Positions 26,008 through 34,751 of a stretch of DNA of 64,000 nucleotides are shown one piece after another. Every line of letters begins with the position of its first letter. The first letter of the stretch is position 1. Origin of the DNA: a virus; IMG/VR virus record IMGVR_UViG_3300047160_035999, positions 5,059 through 69,058 of that record; one strand, written 5' to 3'. The notes under the pieces are model-generated. The model saw only the letters and a program-made list of their open reading frames with translations, ran no database searches and was not told where the DNA came from. Both the position numbers and the translations under genes were made by a program.

Positions 26008-26326
26008 GAGACATTGCTTCAAAAACCCCTTTGTCCCTTTTGTCCCTCCAAATTTTGTTTGCTCGACAATTCAACGTTTTGCAGGTCAAATGTCCCAAAT
26101 GTCTCCGAGCGGCATATTGACAGTACCGTTCCGGGTCGGCCATCCATCGCGCGCATCACGAATAGGGCGAAGTGCGCCAAGAGGGGGAAAGCGAGCCCTC
26201 TAAAGGCTCGCGCTTTCCGACCCTGACGCTCCGCTCTCTCCACAAACTCAGATCTCTTCCGGTACCGCGCGAAGGCTCGACGCCATGCTCGCGCGCCTGT
26301 CGGCGCTCGCTTGTCCCTTTTGTCCC
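26008..26326. repeat. Second TGTCYC repeat cluster
   Basis: TTGTCCCTTTTGTCCC at 26031 and 26311 (identical to 19595); further TGTCYC at 26091 and 26100; inverted copy at 26008. Confidence 0.65.
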
Positions 26327-26457
26327 CCGGTATCTCCGGACCCATGCCAGCGCTGGGACCTAAGCCGATCCGTATTCGGCGACAAACGCATCCCGTTCGA
26401 TCCGGGGTGGCTGGCTCCAGTTTCTTCACCGCTTCTTAACGCGCGCGAGACCTTCGC

Positions 26458-26652
26458 ATGTCGACATCCTCGCGCAGCTCGACCGGACTTGGGCTGCGGC
26501 TGATGCTTTGGATCCTCGGTTTTCTTGTCGACCATTTCGCGGCGATATTTCTGCTCGGTGTCGTCGCGGCCGTTGCTGTGACCGTCTACGCGATCATCTG
26601 GCTCGTCGCCTGGTATGCCGGCCCGCCGCCGGTGGCGTTCTTCGGCGGATGA
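26458..26652 (+). CDS. Small membrane protein
   Basis: 64 aa with two hydrophobic helices. Confidence 0.5.
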   Translation: MSTSSRSSTGLGLRLMLWILGFLVDHFAAIFLLGVVAAVAVTVYAIIWLVAWYAGPPPVAFFGG

Positions 26653-26668
26653 TCTGGGGAGGATTCCC

Positions 26669-26770
26669 ATGGACGCTTGGGCTGTCGACGCATTTCTCGT
26701 CCTGATGGGGCTGGGTATGTTCGTGGGTGGGGCCGGTGTGTTCGTCAATGGTCTGTCGGCGTGGCGCTGA
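26669..26770 (+). CDS. 33-aa membrane peptide
   Basis: RBS GGAGG; MDAWAVDAFLVLMGLGMFVGGAGVFVNGLSAWR; below the ORF-track size cutoff. Confidence 0.45.
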   Translation: MDAWAVDAFLVLMGLGMFVGGAGVFVNGLSAWR

Positions 26771-26975
26771 TGGCTGACGGCGCCGTGGCGAGACCCGATC
26801 AGCGGACGATGGATCGTGCCGCGGCCGGCGCCCCCGCAGTCGCCGGCGCGGGCCGAGCCTGTCGACCACTATGCCGCGGCTGCGCAGAGCGTGCGCATCG
26901 CCAACATTTGGCAAGCCGTCGTCTCGACCGCGTCCGCCTCGTCGATTGCCGATCAGCACCAGGAGTGACGGCCAA

Positions 26976-27143
26976 ATGCCCCGCAACTTCGGCGTCAAGC
27001 GATCGATATCCGGTCTCCGCGAGATGGCGGACGGATTCTGGAACGACCGCGATCCAAACCGCAGGTCGGTCACGCCCGCACCGTTTGTGCTGATCGCGAT
27101 CGCGATGATCGTCCTTCTCGTAGCGGAACGTCTGACCCGCTGA
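26976..27143 (+). CDS. Small protein with C-terminal TM
   Basis: RBS AGGAG; MPRNFGVK...FVLIAIAMIVLLVA. Confidence 0.45.
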   Translation: MPRNFGVKRSISGLREMADGFWNDRDPNRRSVTPAPFVLIAIAMIVLLVAERLTR

Positions 27144-27240
27144 CGGTTTCCAAGCCGGTCGCTCTCCGGCAACGCAGTGCCCGGCGCCTTCGCACTTCGG
27201 GCGCCGGGCCAACTTCATTCAGTGCAGGAGTACCGTATCC

Positions 27241-27432
27241 ATGACCTGGTTGTTTGCTGGAATGTTGCTCGGCTCGATCGTGACGAGCTCGCATGAGACG
27301 CGCGAGGCCTGCGAGGGCCGTGCGGTGCTGTTGCGCGAAAAAGGCGTCATCGGCCAATGCGTGCAGCAGACGATGTATTTGCCCGTCACGACCCCGAGCG
27401 GCAACATCATCACCCTGTCGCCGTCGCGCTGA
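27241..27432 (+). CDS. Small hypothetical protein
   Basis: RBS AGGAG; TGATG-coupled to the ParB-N gene. Confidence 0.55.
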   Translation: MTWLFAGMLLGSIVTSSHETREACEGRAVLLREKGVIGQCVQQTMYLPVTTPSGNIITLSPSR

Positions 27433-28049
27433 TGGCCAGGCAGACCAAACCGGCACCAGCCGCACCGATCGGCGAGCCCGTCGTCACCGACGAGACCCGC
27501 AAGCTCGCCGAGTTGAAACCCGATCCGAAGAACGCGCGACGGCATTCGGAAGCGCAGATCGCGCAGATCATGCAGTCGATCGAGCGGTTCGGCTTCGTCG
27601 ACAAGATCATCATCCGGCCAGACGGCCAGGTGATCGGAGGCCATGCGCGTCTCGAAGCGCTGAAGCGGCTCAACCGCGAAGACGTCGAGTGCCGCGTCGT
27701 CGACGGGCTCACGCTCGCCGGGTACACGGCGTTCGGGATCGCGCTCAACCGGATTCGGGAGAACTCGCGCTGGGATGACGATGTCCTGCGCGATCTCATC
27801 CTTGAGCTCCAGGATGAGGGCGAGAATGCCCTCACCCTCGGTTTTTCGCCGAACGAGTTGAGCAGGATCCTCGACGAGCCTGCCGACCTCGAGGTGAAGG
27901 AGATCGAGACCGGCGCCGTCGATGACGAGTTCTGGATCAGCGTGCGCGGTCCACTCGCCCAGCAGGCCAATGCGCTCCGCGCGCTCGAAGCAGCGATGAA
28001 GCCGTTCGCCGGCGTGAGTGTCGAGCAAGGCACGATCAACATCGGTTGA
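27432..28049 (+). CDS. ParB/Srx N-terminal domain protein
   Basis: LKP.PKNAR.HSEAQIAQI..SI.RFGF..KIII....VIGGHARLEA.K.L...N.I.ENS.WD...L. Confidence 0.85.
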   Translation: MARQTKPAPAAPIGEPVVTDETRKLAELKPDPKNARRHSEAQIAQIMQSIERFGFVDKIIIRPDGQVIGGHARLEALKRLNREDVECRVVDGLTLAGYTAFGIALNRIRENSRWDDDVLRDLILELQDEGENALTLGFSPNELSRILDEPADLEVKEIETGAVDDEFWISVRGPLAQQANALRALEAAMKPFAGVSVEQGTINIG

Positions 28050-28071
28050 GACAGTTCAGGAGTGCGGGCGT

Positions 28072-28314
28072 ATGGGCGTGAAAGACGACTTCGTCAAAGC
28101 GTTCTTCGACAACCTTCCGGAAGGTTGGGAAAGAGGCGAGCATTCCACGAACCGAGCGCTGGCTGAAGCGATCGGCGCTGGCCTCGAGGCCGTGCACGCT
28201 GGCGGGGTCCACTTTCATCTGATGCCCAACCATGTCGTCAGCAAGATCGGCGAGATGATGCAGATCACGCCGCAGCAGCAGCATATTTTCAACCAGGATT
28301 CGACGACCAAGTAG
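28072..28314 (+). CDS. Hypothetical protein
   Basis: RBS AGGAG, 80 aa. Confidence 0.5.
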   Translation: MGVKDDFVKAFFDNLPEGWERGEHSTNRALAEAIGAGLEAVHAGGVHFHLMPNHVVSKIGEMMQITPQQQHIFNQDSTTK

Positions 28315-28321
28315 GCAAGCA

Positions 28322-28528
28322 ATGCTGAAGGTGCTCGCCGTCATCTGCAGGCTCGCCGCGCCGACGGACTGCCACGAGGAAACCGTCACGACGTCGCACT
28401 TCGCACAGGTCTCGCTGCAATCGTGCCTGATGGGCGCGCCGCAGCTCGCCGAGTGGATGAAGGATCGTCCCGGCTACCGGCTGGCCGCCTGGCGCTGCGT
28501 GGTCGGTGATCGCGGCCTCGGCACCTGA
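28322..28528 (+). CDS. Small Cys-containing, possibly secreted protein
   Basis: MLKVLAVIC...C...C.M.AP.LAEW..D.PGY..AAWRC. Confidence 0.6.
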   Translation: MLKVLAVICRLAAPTDCHEETVTTSHFAQVSLQSCLMGAPQLAEWMKDRPGYRLAAWRCVVGDRGLGT

Positions 28529-28700
28529 TCGGAAGATACCAGGCACGCGCAGCCTGCCTGACACAGACCAGGTCGTCGCCGTCTGTGAATCGACGATACC
28601 GGCTCGGTTGCAGGACGAGCCGCGAAAGGCAGCGCAAGCACTGCGGCCGGCACCCTCGGGCACGCCGGCCGCTTTCATCTCACCATGAGGCAATCGAGCA

Positions 28701-28925
28701 ATGCCAGGCGTCCGCGTAACCGGCAAGGTCAAGTTCTTTTCGGACGAAAAGGGTTTCGGATTCATCCGTCCCGATGACGGTGGCGATGAAGTATTCGTGC
28801 ATCGGACCGACCTCGGCCAGAACCTCAACATGCTGATCACCGATCAGCGCGTGACGTACGAACTCGCCGACGCGCGCTCGAAGAAGGGTAACGGCAAAAA
28901 GGCTGTCAACGTCGAGCTGGTGTGA
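28701..28925 (+). CDS. csp: Cold-shock domain protein
   Basis: TGKVKFF..EKGFGFI.PDDGG..VFVH (RNP1/RNP2 motifs). Confidence 0.92.
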   Translation: MPGVRVTGKVKFFSDEKGFGFIRPDDGGDEVFVHRTDLGQNLNMLITDQRVTYELADARSKKGNGKKAVNVELV

Positions 28926-28934
28926 GCAGCGCCT

Positions 28935-29549
28935 GTGTCCCTGCGCAACAAGAACAATGCGGTCAAAACCGACAACAACCCGCAGGCCTTCCGCGCAAAA
29001 GTAGCGATCCGAAAGAGCGTGCTGGCCGCCGTCGGCGCCGAGAAGGCCTCGGTGTTCGACGCATTCGCCGGCAGCGGCGAGATGTATTCGGCGGTCTGGA
29101 AGGATGCCGCGGCCTACACTGGCTGCGATCAGAAGCCGCAGCGCGACGGCCGCCTGCTCTTCTGCGCCGACAATCGCCGCGTCATGCGCGCGATCGAGCT
29201 GGCGCCATTCTCGGTCTTCGACCTCGACAGCTACGGCTCGCCCTGGGTGCAGGCGATCATCATCGCCGACCGGCGCCGCGTGGCGCCCGGCGAGCTGCTC
29301 GGCCTCGTGCTGACCGAGGGCGCCGGCTTCGCGTACAAGTCCAACATCGTGCCGGAGGCCATCGCGCTGCTGACCGGCCTGCGCACCGGAATCGTTGGGC
29401 TGTCGAAGAAACAGGACGCCGTGATCGACAAGGCGATCGCGGGGCTGGCGCGGCGGATGAGCTGCACGGTCATGAAGCGTTGGCAGGCCGAAGGCCGCAC
29501 TGGGGCGGCCATGCGATACATCGGGCTTGTGCTGAAGGGGAAAGGCTAG
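28935..29549 (+). CDS. Class I SAM-dependent methyltransferase-like protein
   Basis: VFDAFAGSG (motif I), GCD, FDLDSYGSPW (motif IV-like). Confidence 0.7.
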   Translation: MSLRNKNNAVKTDNNPQAFRAKVAIRKSVLAAVGAEKASVFDAFAGSGEMYSAVWKDAAAYTGCDQKPQRDGRLLFCADNRRVMRAIELAPFSVFDLDSYGSPWVQAIIIADRRRVAPGELLGLVLTEGAGFAYKSNIVPEAIALLTGLRTGIVGLSKKQDAVIDKAIAGLARRMSCTVMKRWQAEGRTGAAMRYIGLVLKGKG

Positions 29550-29598
29550 CGCAGAAGCCAGCGGAGGTCGTCACCTAGCCTGTTACCATCGTTGTCCA

Positions 29599-29808
29599 TC
29601 ATTCCCCGGTCCCGCGCCGTTCCATCCGCATTGCCGGGTTCTGACGCGAGATCCATGCGTGAAACTCACGATCGCGGTCTCCCCATGATGTGACCCTTTT
29701 CCGGGGCTCGATGAGGAGGTGCGCGATCAAGAACCCGATCGCGACAATTGCGATCGCCGTCACCATCGCAAGCGTGAATGCTCCGCGTTGTTCGAGGTGC
29801 CTGCTCAT
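29599..29808 (-). CDS. Small membrane protein
   Basis: One TM segment; ATGA-coupled. Confidence 0.5.
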   Translation of the reverse strand: MSRHLEQRGAFTLAMVTAIAIVAIGFLIAHLLIEPRKRVTSWGDRDREFHAWISRQNPAMRMERRGTGE

Positions 29809-30014
29809 TGCGTCACCGGTTCCTTGCGATCACAGCTGAACATCACGACCTCTCGGTTCCGAACAGCTCGCAAAGTCATCAATGCCGCGATGCTGCCTCG
29901 CTCGCATTCCTCCTCGCTGGCGAAGCAGGAGACCGCCTGCGGATACCTCGGGTTGGGGTCGGCTGCCACCGACTTGATCGTCAGGGCCCATGCCAACGCG
30001 AGTGTGCAAACCAT
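29805..30014 (-). CDS. Small secreted Cys-containing protein
   Basis: Signal-like N-terminus; CF.SEEEC. Confidence 0.5.
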   Translation of the reverse strand: MVCTLALAWALTIKSVAADPNPRYPQAVSCFASEEECERGSIAALMTLRAVRNREVVMFSCDRKEPVTQ

Positions 30015-30023
30015 CTTAGCCTC

Positions 30024-30830
30024 CTAATGGTGCTGCGCCACGCGCAACGGGTTGTGGTAGCCGTCCGGCAGGTACTTCTGCAGGTCGCGCTTGATGTAGT
30101 GCGCCTTGCCGAGCTGCTGCAGCCGGTTGATCATGCGGTGCGTGTAGCTCTCCCAGTCCTCGGTCTTCGTGATTTCGAGGTAATTCACGCGGCCGACTTT
30201 GTAGAGATCGACGAACTCGTGCGTCGCGTCGACTATCGCGAGCGATGCCTCGACGTCGATGGTGGGCTCAAGGCTGACCCACGTGAAGATGCCCCGATCG
30301 TGAAAGGCCTTGAGCGCAGCAAGACGGTCACCAGGCAGAGCGGCATCCCTTTCCCACTTCTGTGAGAAGGCGTCGTCGAGGCTGGTGAGGGTCGAAGCGA
30401 AGGCGTCGCGGCCGGGCCGGAACAGCTCGATGTCGCGCAGCGCGCGCGTGCCGCCCTTCGTCAGGGTGCAGAAGCCGAGGCCGTACGCCTTCAGTGTGTG
30501 CAGAACTTTGCGTGTCAGGTCGGTGTCGCCCGGGTGATATGGATCGGTCGTGAAGCTCAGCATGACCTGCTCGGTGATGCCGGCGAGCTCGTACTTGGCG
30601 GCGTCGCGGATCAGCGCCTCCTGGAAGCCGGCGCGCGCAACGGCGCCTTCGTTGAATTCGCCGCGGTCCTGCTTGGTCACTCGCGGCACGTAGCAGTAGG
30701 CGCATTTGTGACCGCAGCCGCGATATGGATTCGTGGCGAGTGGCGCATACTCGCCGGCCTGGCCGCGCGGTGCGTAGATGATGCTGCAGCCTTTGACGGA
30801 AACGCCGTCGTCGTTCAGTTGGGGTGCCAT
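30024..30830 (-). CDS. Radical SAM protein (SPL/DUF5131-like)
   Basis: NPYRGCGHKCAYCY (CxxxCxxC); TTDPY; LTKG; TWVSLEP. Confidence 0.85.
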   Translation of the reverse strand: MAPQLNDDGVSVKGCSIIYAPRGQAGEYAPLATNPYRGCGHKCAYCYVPRVTKQDRGEFNEGAVARAGFQEALIRDAAKYELAGITEQVMLSFTTDPYHPGDTDLTRKVLHTLKAYGLGFCTLTKGGTRALRDIELFRPGRDAFASTLTSLDDAFSQKWERDAALPGDRLAALKAFHDRGIFTWVSLEPTIDVEASLAIVDATHEFVDLYKVGRVNYLEITKTEDWESYTHRMINRLQQLGKAHYIKRDLQKYLPDGYHNPLRVAQHH

Positions 30831-30938
30831 GGTGAAAGGTGCTCCGGCTCGTGAGTGATTTGCGACTCTGCGAATTGTGAGCGCAAACACCTGATTTCAC
30901 CAATCATTTTTACAACTTCGGTGCGAGCGCAGTTCAAC

Positions 30939-31361
30939 ATGGCGAGGAAGAAAGAACCGAAGCCGAATGGTCGACCGCCAGTAGTGATCGACTTGCTTCA
31001 GCTTGAAAAGCTTGGTGCTCTACAGCCGACCGTCGAGGAGGTTGCTTCCTTCTTCGGCGTGTCAAAGCGCACCATGATCGAAAAGCTGAAGGTCGAGGAG
31101 ACGAAGCTTGCGCTCGAGCGCGGCAAGAACCTCGGCAAGCTCAACCTCCGCCGGACGCAGCTGCGCCACGCGCAGGGTACCGGCTCCGGCGCCGTCAACA
31201 TGAGCATCCATCTCGGCAAGCACTGGCTCGGCCAGACGGACAAGTCGCTCCTCGAGCTGACCGGCAAGGATGGCAAGCCGATCTCGACCATCACCGCCAC
31301 GATGACGCCAGAGCAGGCCGCAGCCGCCTATGCAAGCACCCTGCACGGCGAGCAAGGATAG
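30939..31361 (+). CDS. terS: Terminase small subunit
   Basis: GRPP...HTH (EEVASFFGVSKRT)...G..NLRR.Q..A..G.V.M.IHLGK.WLGQTD; directly before terL. Confidence 0.75.
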   Translation: MARKKEPKPNGRPPVVIDLLQLEKLGALQPTVEEVASFFGVSKRTMIEKLKVEETKLALERGKNLGKLNLRRTQLRHAQGTGSGAVNMSIHLGKHWLGQTDKSLLELTGKDGKPISTITATMTPEQAAAAYASTLHGEQG

Positions 31362-33048
31362 CTGGCCACCGAACTACGTTGCGGTATGGGCGTGGCGTCA
31401 GCAGCAGCTGCAGAGGATCAGATCCTCTGCGGACATGGTCCTGGGAGCAAAGGAGTATTATCGCACTCGCCCGGTCGAGTTTATCAATCACTGGTGCGAC
31501 ACGTACGATCCGCGCAATGCCGGCACGTCCACGCCGGCGTACATGCCGTTCGTCATGTTCGAGCGTCAGGACGACATGGTCGTCTTCCTCCTCGGATGCC
31601 TGACGGATGAGGAAGCCGGGCTCGTCGAAAAGTGCCGCGACATGGGTGCGACGTGGATTTGCGTCGCCTTCTCGGTGTGGCTCTGGCTGTTTTGGCCCGG
31701 CGCCTCGGTCGGATGGGGCAGCCGCGAGCGCGACCTCGTCGACAAGATCGGCGATGCCGACAGCATCTTTGAGAAGCTGCGGATTCTGATCCGCCGCCTG
31801 CCCGCCGAGTTCATGCCGGCCGGGTTCAAGGAAGGCGAACACCTCGCCTTCATGCGGATCATCAACCCGGAGACGGGCGCCACGATCACCGGCGATATCG
31901 GTGACAACATCGGCCGCGGCGGCCGCAAGCTGATCTTCTTCAAGGATGAATCCGCGCACTACAAGCGCCCGGACCTGATCGAGGCGGCCCTCGGCGACAA
32001 CACCCGCGTTCCGATCGACATCTCGTCGGTGAACGGCACCGGCAACGTCTTCCACCGCCGGCGCGAGGCCGGCGCGGATTGGGTCCGCGGCGAGCCGCCG
32101 CCAAAAGGTCGAACGCGGGTCCTGGTGCTCGACTGGCGAGACCACCCCGCCAAGGACCAGGCATGGCATGATCAGCGCCGCCGCAAGGCGGAGGACGACG
32201 GCCTGCTGCACATCTTCGCGCAGGAAGTAGACCGGGACTATGCGGCGTCTGTCGAAGGCGTCATCATCCCTGCCCCCTGGGTCAAGGCGGCGATCGACGC
32301 ACACATCGCCCTACAGTTCGATGATTCCGGCGGCTGGTGCGCGGCGCTCGACGTCGCTGACGAAGGTCTCGACACCAATGCGATCGCCAAGCGCAAGGGT
32401 ATCATCCTCAAGAGCGTCATTGAATGGGGCGAGCGCGATACCGCGGTCACCACACGTCGCGCGATCGGCGAATGCGAGGGTCTCGGCGCAATCGACCTGC
32501 AATACGACTGCATCGGTGTCGGCGCCGGCATCAAGGCGGAAGCAAACCGCCTGATCGACGACAAGCTGATGCCGAAGGCGATCCACCTGGTGCCATGGAA
32601 CGCCGGGTCGGGTGTCATCGATCCGGAGAAGCGGGTCATTCCGGGCGACAAGGATTCGCCGAAGAACGAAGACTTCTTCGCCAACGTCAAGGCGCAAGGA
32701 TGGTGGTCGCTGCGATCTCGCTTCGAGAAGACATTCCGGGCCATTCGCAAGCTCGCAGGAGATCCGGACCAGAAGGATTTCAGCTACGACGTCGATGAAC
32801 TCATCAGCATCGACAGCAAGATACCGCTCCTCCGCAAGATCGAGAAGGAGCTGAGCCAGCCGACGATAAGCAAGGGCACGCGGATGAAGCTTGTCGTCAA
32901 CAAGACGCCGGAGGGCACGAAGTCGCCGAACCTGGGCGACGCGATCATGATGGCCTTCTATCCGATGCCGGTGAAGCGGCCCTTCGTCATATCGGATGAA
33001 GTGCTCGCGAAGGCCGCACAGCCGGTCCGCAGGAAGCCGCTATCGTGA
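31330..33048 (+). CDS. terL: Terminase large subunit
   Basis: EKCRDMGATW (Walker A variant), FKDESA (Walker B), ISSVNG, LDVADEG.D nuclease motif, SPNLGDA. Confidence 0.92.
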   Translation: MQAPCTASKDSWPPNYVAVWAWRQQQLQRIRSSADMVLGAKEYYRTRPVEFINHWCDTYDPRNAGTSTPAYMPFVMFERQDDMVVFLLGCLTDEEAGLVEKCRDMGATWICVAFSVWLWLFWPGASVGWGSRERDLVDKIGDADSIFEKLRILIRRLPAEFMPAGFKEGEHLAFMRIINPETGATITGDIGDNIGRGGRKLIFFKDESAHYKRPDLIEAALGDNTRVPIDISSVNGTGNVFHRRREAGADWVRGEPPPKGRTRVLVLDWRDHPAKDQAWHDQRRRKAEDDGLLHIFAQEVDRDYAASVEGVIIPAPWVKAAIDAHIALQFDDSGGWCAALDVADEGLDTNAIAKRKGIILKSVIEWGERDTAVTTRRAIGECEGLGAIDLQYDCIGVGAGIKAEANRLIDDKLMPKAIHLVPWNAGSGVIDPEKRVIPGDKDSPKNEDFFANVKAQGWWSLRSRFEKTFRAIRKLAGDPDQKDFSYDVDELISIDSKIPLLRKIEKELSQPTISKGTRMKLVVNKTPEGTKSPNLGDAIMMAFYPMPVKRPFVISDEVLAKAAQPVRRKPLS

Positions 33049-34751
33049 GAAAGAAGGCCGTCAAGGAACTCGCCAGACAGCTGGTGATGGAGTTTGCCGA
33101 CCTGCAAAAGCGCCCTGCCCGGCGCCGGCGCGCGCCGCGGCCGCGCGCCGTCAAGCAGATAGCAAAGGAAGCTCTGCAACCGGTCCAGGTCACGGCCGCC
33201 GCCGATCGTGCCGAACGGAAGCCCATCGTCATCTCCGACGATGTCCTGCAAAAGGCAAAACAGAAGGCCGACCGCTATACCCGCGTCAACCCGTTCAGGC
33301 TGCCGGACTTTCCGGTCCCGCTGATGGATCACATCCCCGTCGATCGCCGGATGGCGGCCGACGAGGCAATCACGGGCATCTCGGCGTGGGCCGGCGGCGC
33401 CTGGAGTTCGCTGGGCTCGAACATCGCATTCGAGGGCATCGCGTTCCTCGGGTACCAGTATCTCGCCGAGCTCTCGCAGCGCCCGGAATACCGGGTCATC
33501 GTCGAGACGATCGCGACCGAGATGACGCGGAAGTGGATCCGCATCCAGGCCAAAGGCGACAAGGACAAGACGAAGAAAATCGCGCAGCTGACCGAAGAAT
33601 TCGAGCGGCTCAAGGTCCGAGAGATGTTCTGCAGGGCCTGCGAAATCGATGGTTTTTTCGGGCGCGCGCACCTCTATCTCGATACCGGGTCGACCGAGGA
33701 CCGGGAAGAGCTCAAAATGCCGATCGGCAATGGCAGCAATGCCATCACCGAGAGGAAGTTTCAAAGAGGAGACCTGAAACGGCTCGCCGTCGTCGAGCCC
33801 ATGTGGACGTATCCGACGAATTACAACTCCAATGATCCGCTGAAGCCGGATTGGTACAATCCGCAGATGTGGTTTGTGATGTCGAAGGAGGTGCACATTT
33901 CGCGCCTTCTGAAGTTCGTTGGCCGCGAAGTCCCTGACGCGCTCAAGCCCGCCTATTCGTTCGGCGGCCTGTCGCTCACGCAGATGGCAAAGCCGTACGT
34001 CGAGAACTTCCTGAACATCAGACAGAGCGTTGCCGACATCGTCCAGGCATTCTCCGTTTTCGTGCTCTCGACCAATCTCGGCGAGACCCTGACGCCCGGC
34101 GGAGACGGATTGTTCCGCCGTGCTGACCTCTTCAACAACCTGCGCGACAACCGCGGGCTGATGATGATCGATGCGGAGTCGGAGGATTTCCAGAACGTCT
34201 CGGCCTCGCTTGCTTCGCTGGACCAGCTCCAGGCGCAGGCTCAGGAGCATATGGCGGCCGTCTCGCGCATCCCGCTCGTCAAGCTGCTCGGCATCTCGCC
34301 GCACGGGCTGAATGCGACGGCAGAGCCGGAGCTTCGGGCCTTCTACGACCACATCCACTCCTATCAGAAGAAGTTTTTCTCGCCGAACCTCGACAGGGTC
34401 TTTCGGTTTGCACAGGTCAATATCTGGGGGCGTTCCGATCCCGACATCTCCTATGTCTACGAACCGCTGTGGGAGCTCGACGAGAAGGGCCAGGCCGAGG
34501 TCCGCAAGACGAACGCGGAGGCCGCACAGATCCACATCGACAGCGGCGTGATATCGCCGGAAGAGGAGCGCGGCAGGATCGCGGCCGATCCTGGGACGCT
34601 CTATCCGGGCCTCGACCCCACCGATGTGCCCGATCTGAAGGAGGAGGAAGAGGAAGGCCTCGAGCCGAAGGGTGCCGCGGCCAAGCTGGCCGAAGGCGGC
34701 GAGGAAGTCGATGGCGAGCACCGCGAGAGCGAAGAAGAACCGGCAGAATGA
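33045..34751 (+). CDS. Portal protein, DUF1073/HI1409 family
   Basis: F.GY.YLAEL.Q.PEYR..VE..A.EMTRKW; IH.SRL; S.IPLVKLLG.SP.GLNAT; follows terL. Confidence 0.88.
   Translation: MRKKAVKELARQLVMEFADLQKRPARRRRAPRPRAVKQIAKEALQPVQVTAAADRAERKPIVISDDVLQKAKQKADRYTRVNPFRLPDFPVPLMDHIPVDRRMAADEAITGISAWAGGAWSSLGSNIAFEGIAFLGYQYLAELSQRPEYRVIVETIATEMTRKWIRIQAKGDKDKTKKIAQLTEEFERLKVREMFCRACEIDGFFGRAHLYLDTGSTEDREELKMPIGNGSNAITERKFQRGDLKRLAVVEPMWTYPTNYNSNDPLKPDWYNPQMWFVMSKEVHISRLLKFVGREVPDALKPAYSFGGLSLTQMAKPYVENFLNIRQSVADIVQAFSVFVLSTNLGETLTPGGDGLFRRADLFNNLRDNRGLMMIDAESEDFQNVSASLASLDQLQAQAQEHMAAVSRIPLVKLLGISPHGLNATAEPELRAFYDHIHSYQKKFFSPNLDRVFRFAQVNIWGRSDPDISYVYEPLWELDEKGQAEVRKTNAEAAQIHIDSGVISPEEERGRIAADPGTLYPGLDPTDVPDLKEEEEEGLEPKGAAAKLAEGGEEVDGEHRESEEEPAE

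Noticed and set aside
26019-26429. ORF with GDKRDK/GQKGQ peptides
   Set aside because: Peptide repeats are the translation of the TGTCCC repeats; no good RBS; treated as non-coding
30873-30883. AATTGTGAGCG, identical to half of the lac operator
   Set aside because: Single 11-bp match with no second half; compatible with chance
33045-34751. DUF1073 as an anti-CBASS Acb1 protein
   Set aside because: Size, motifs and position between terL and MuF fit a portal; I saw no HxT/HxS phosphoesterase pair
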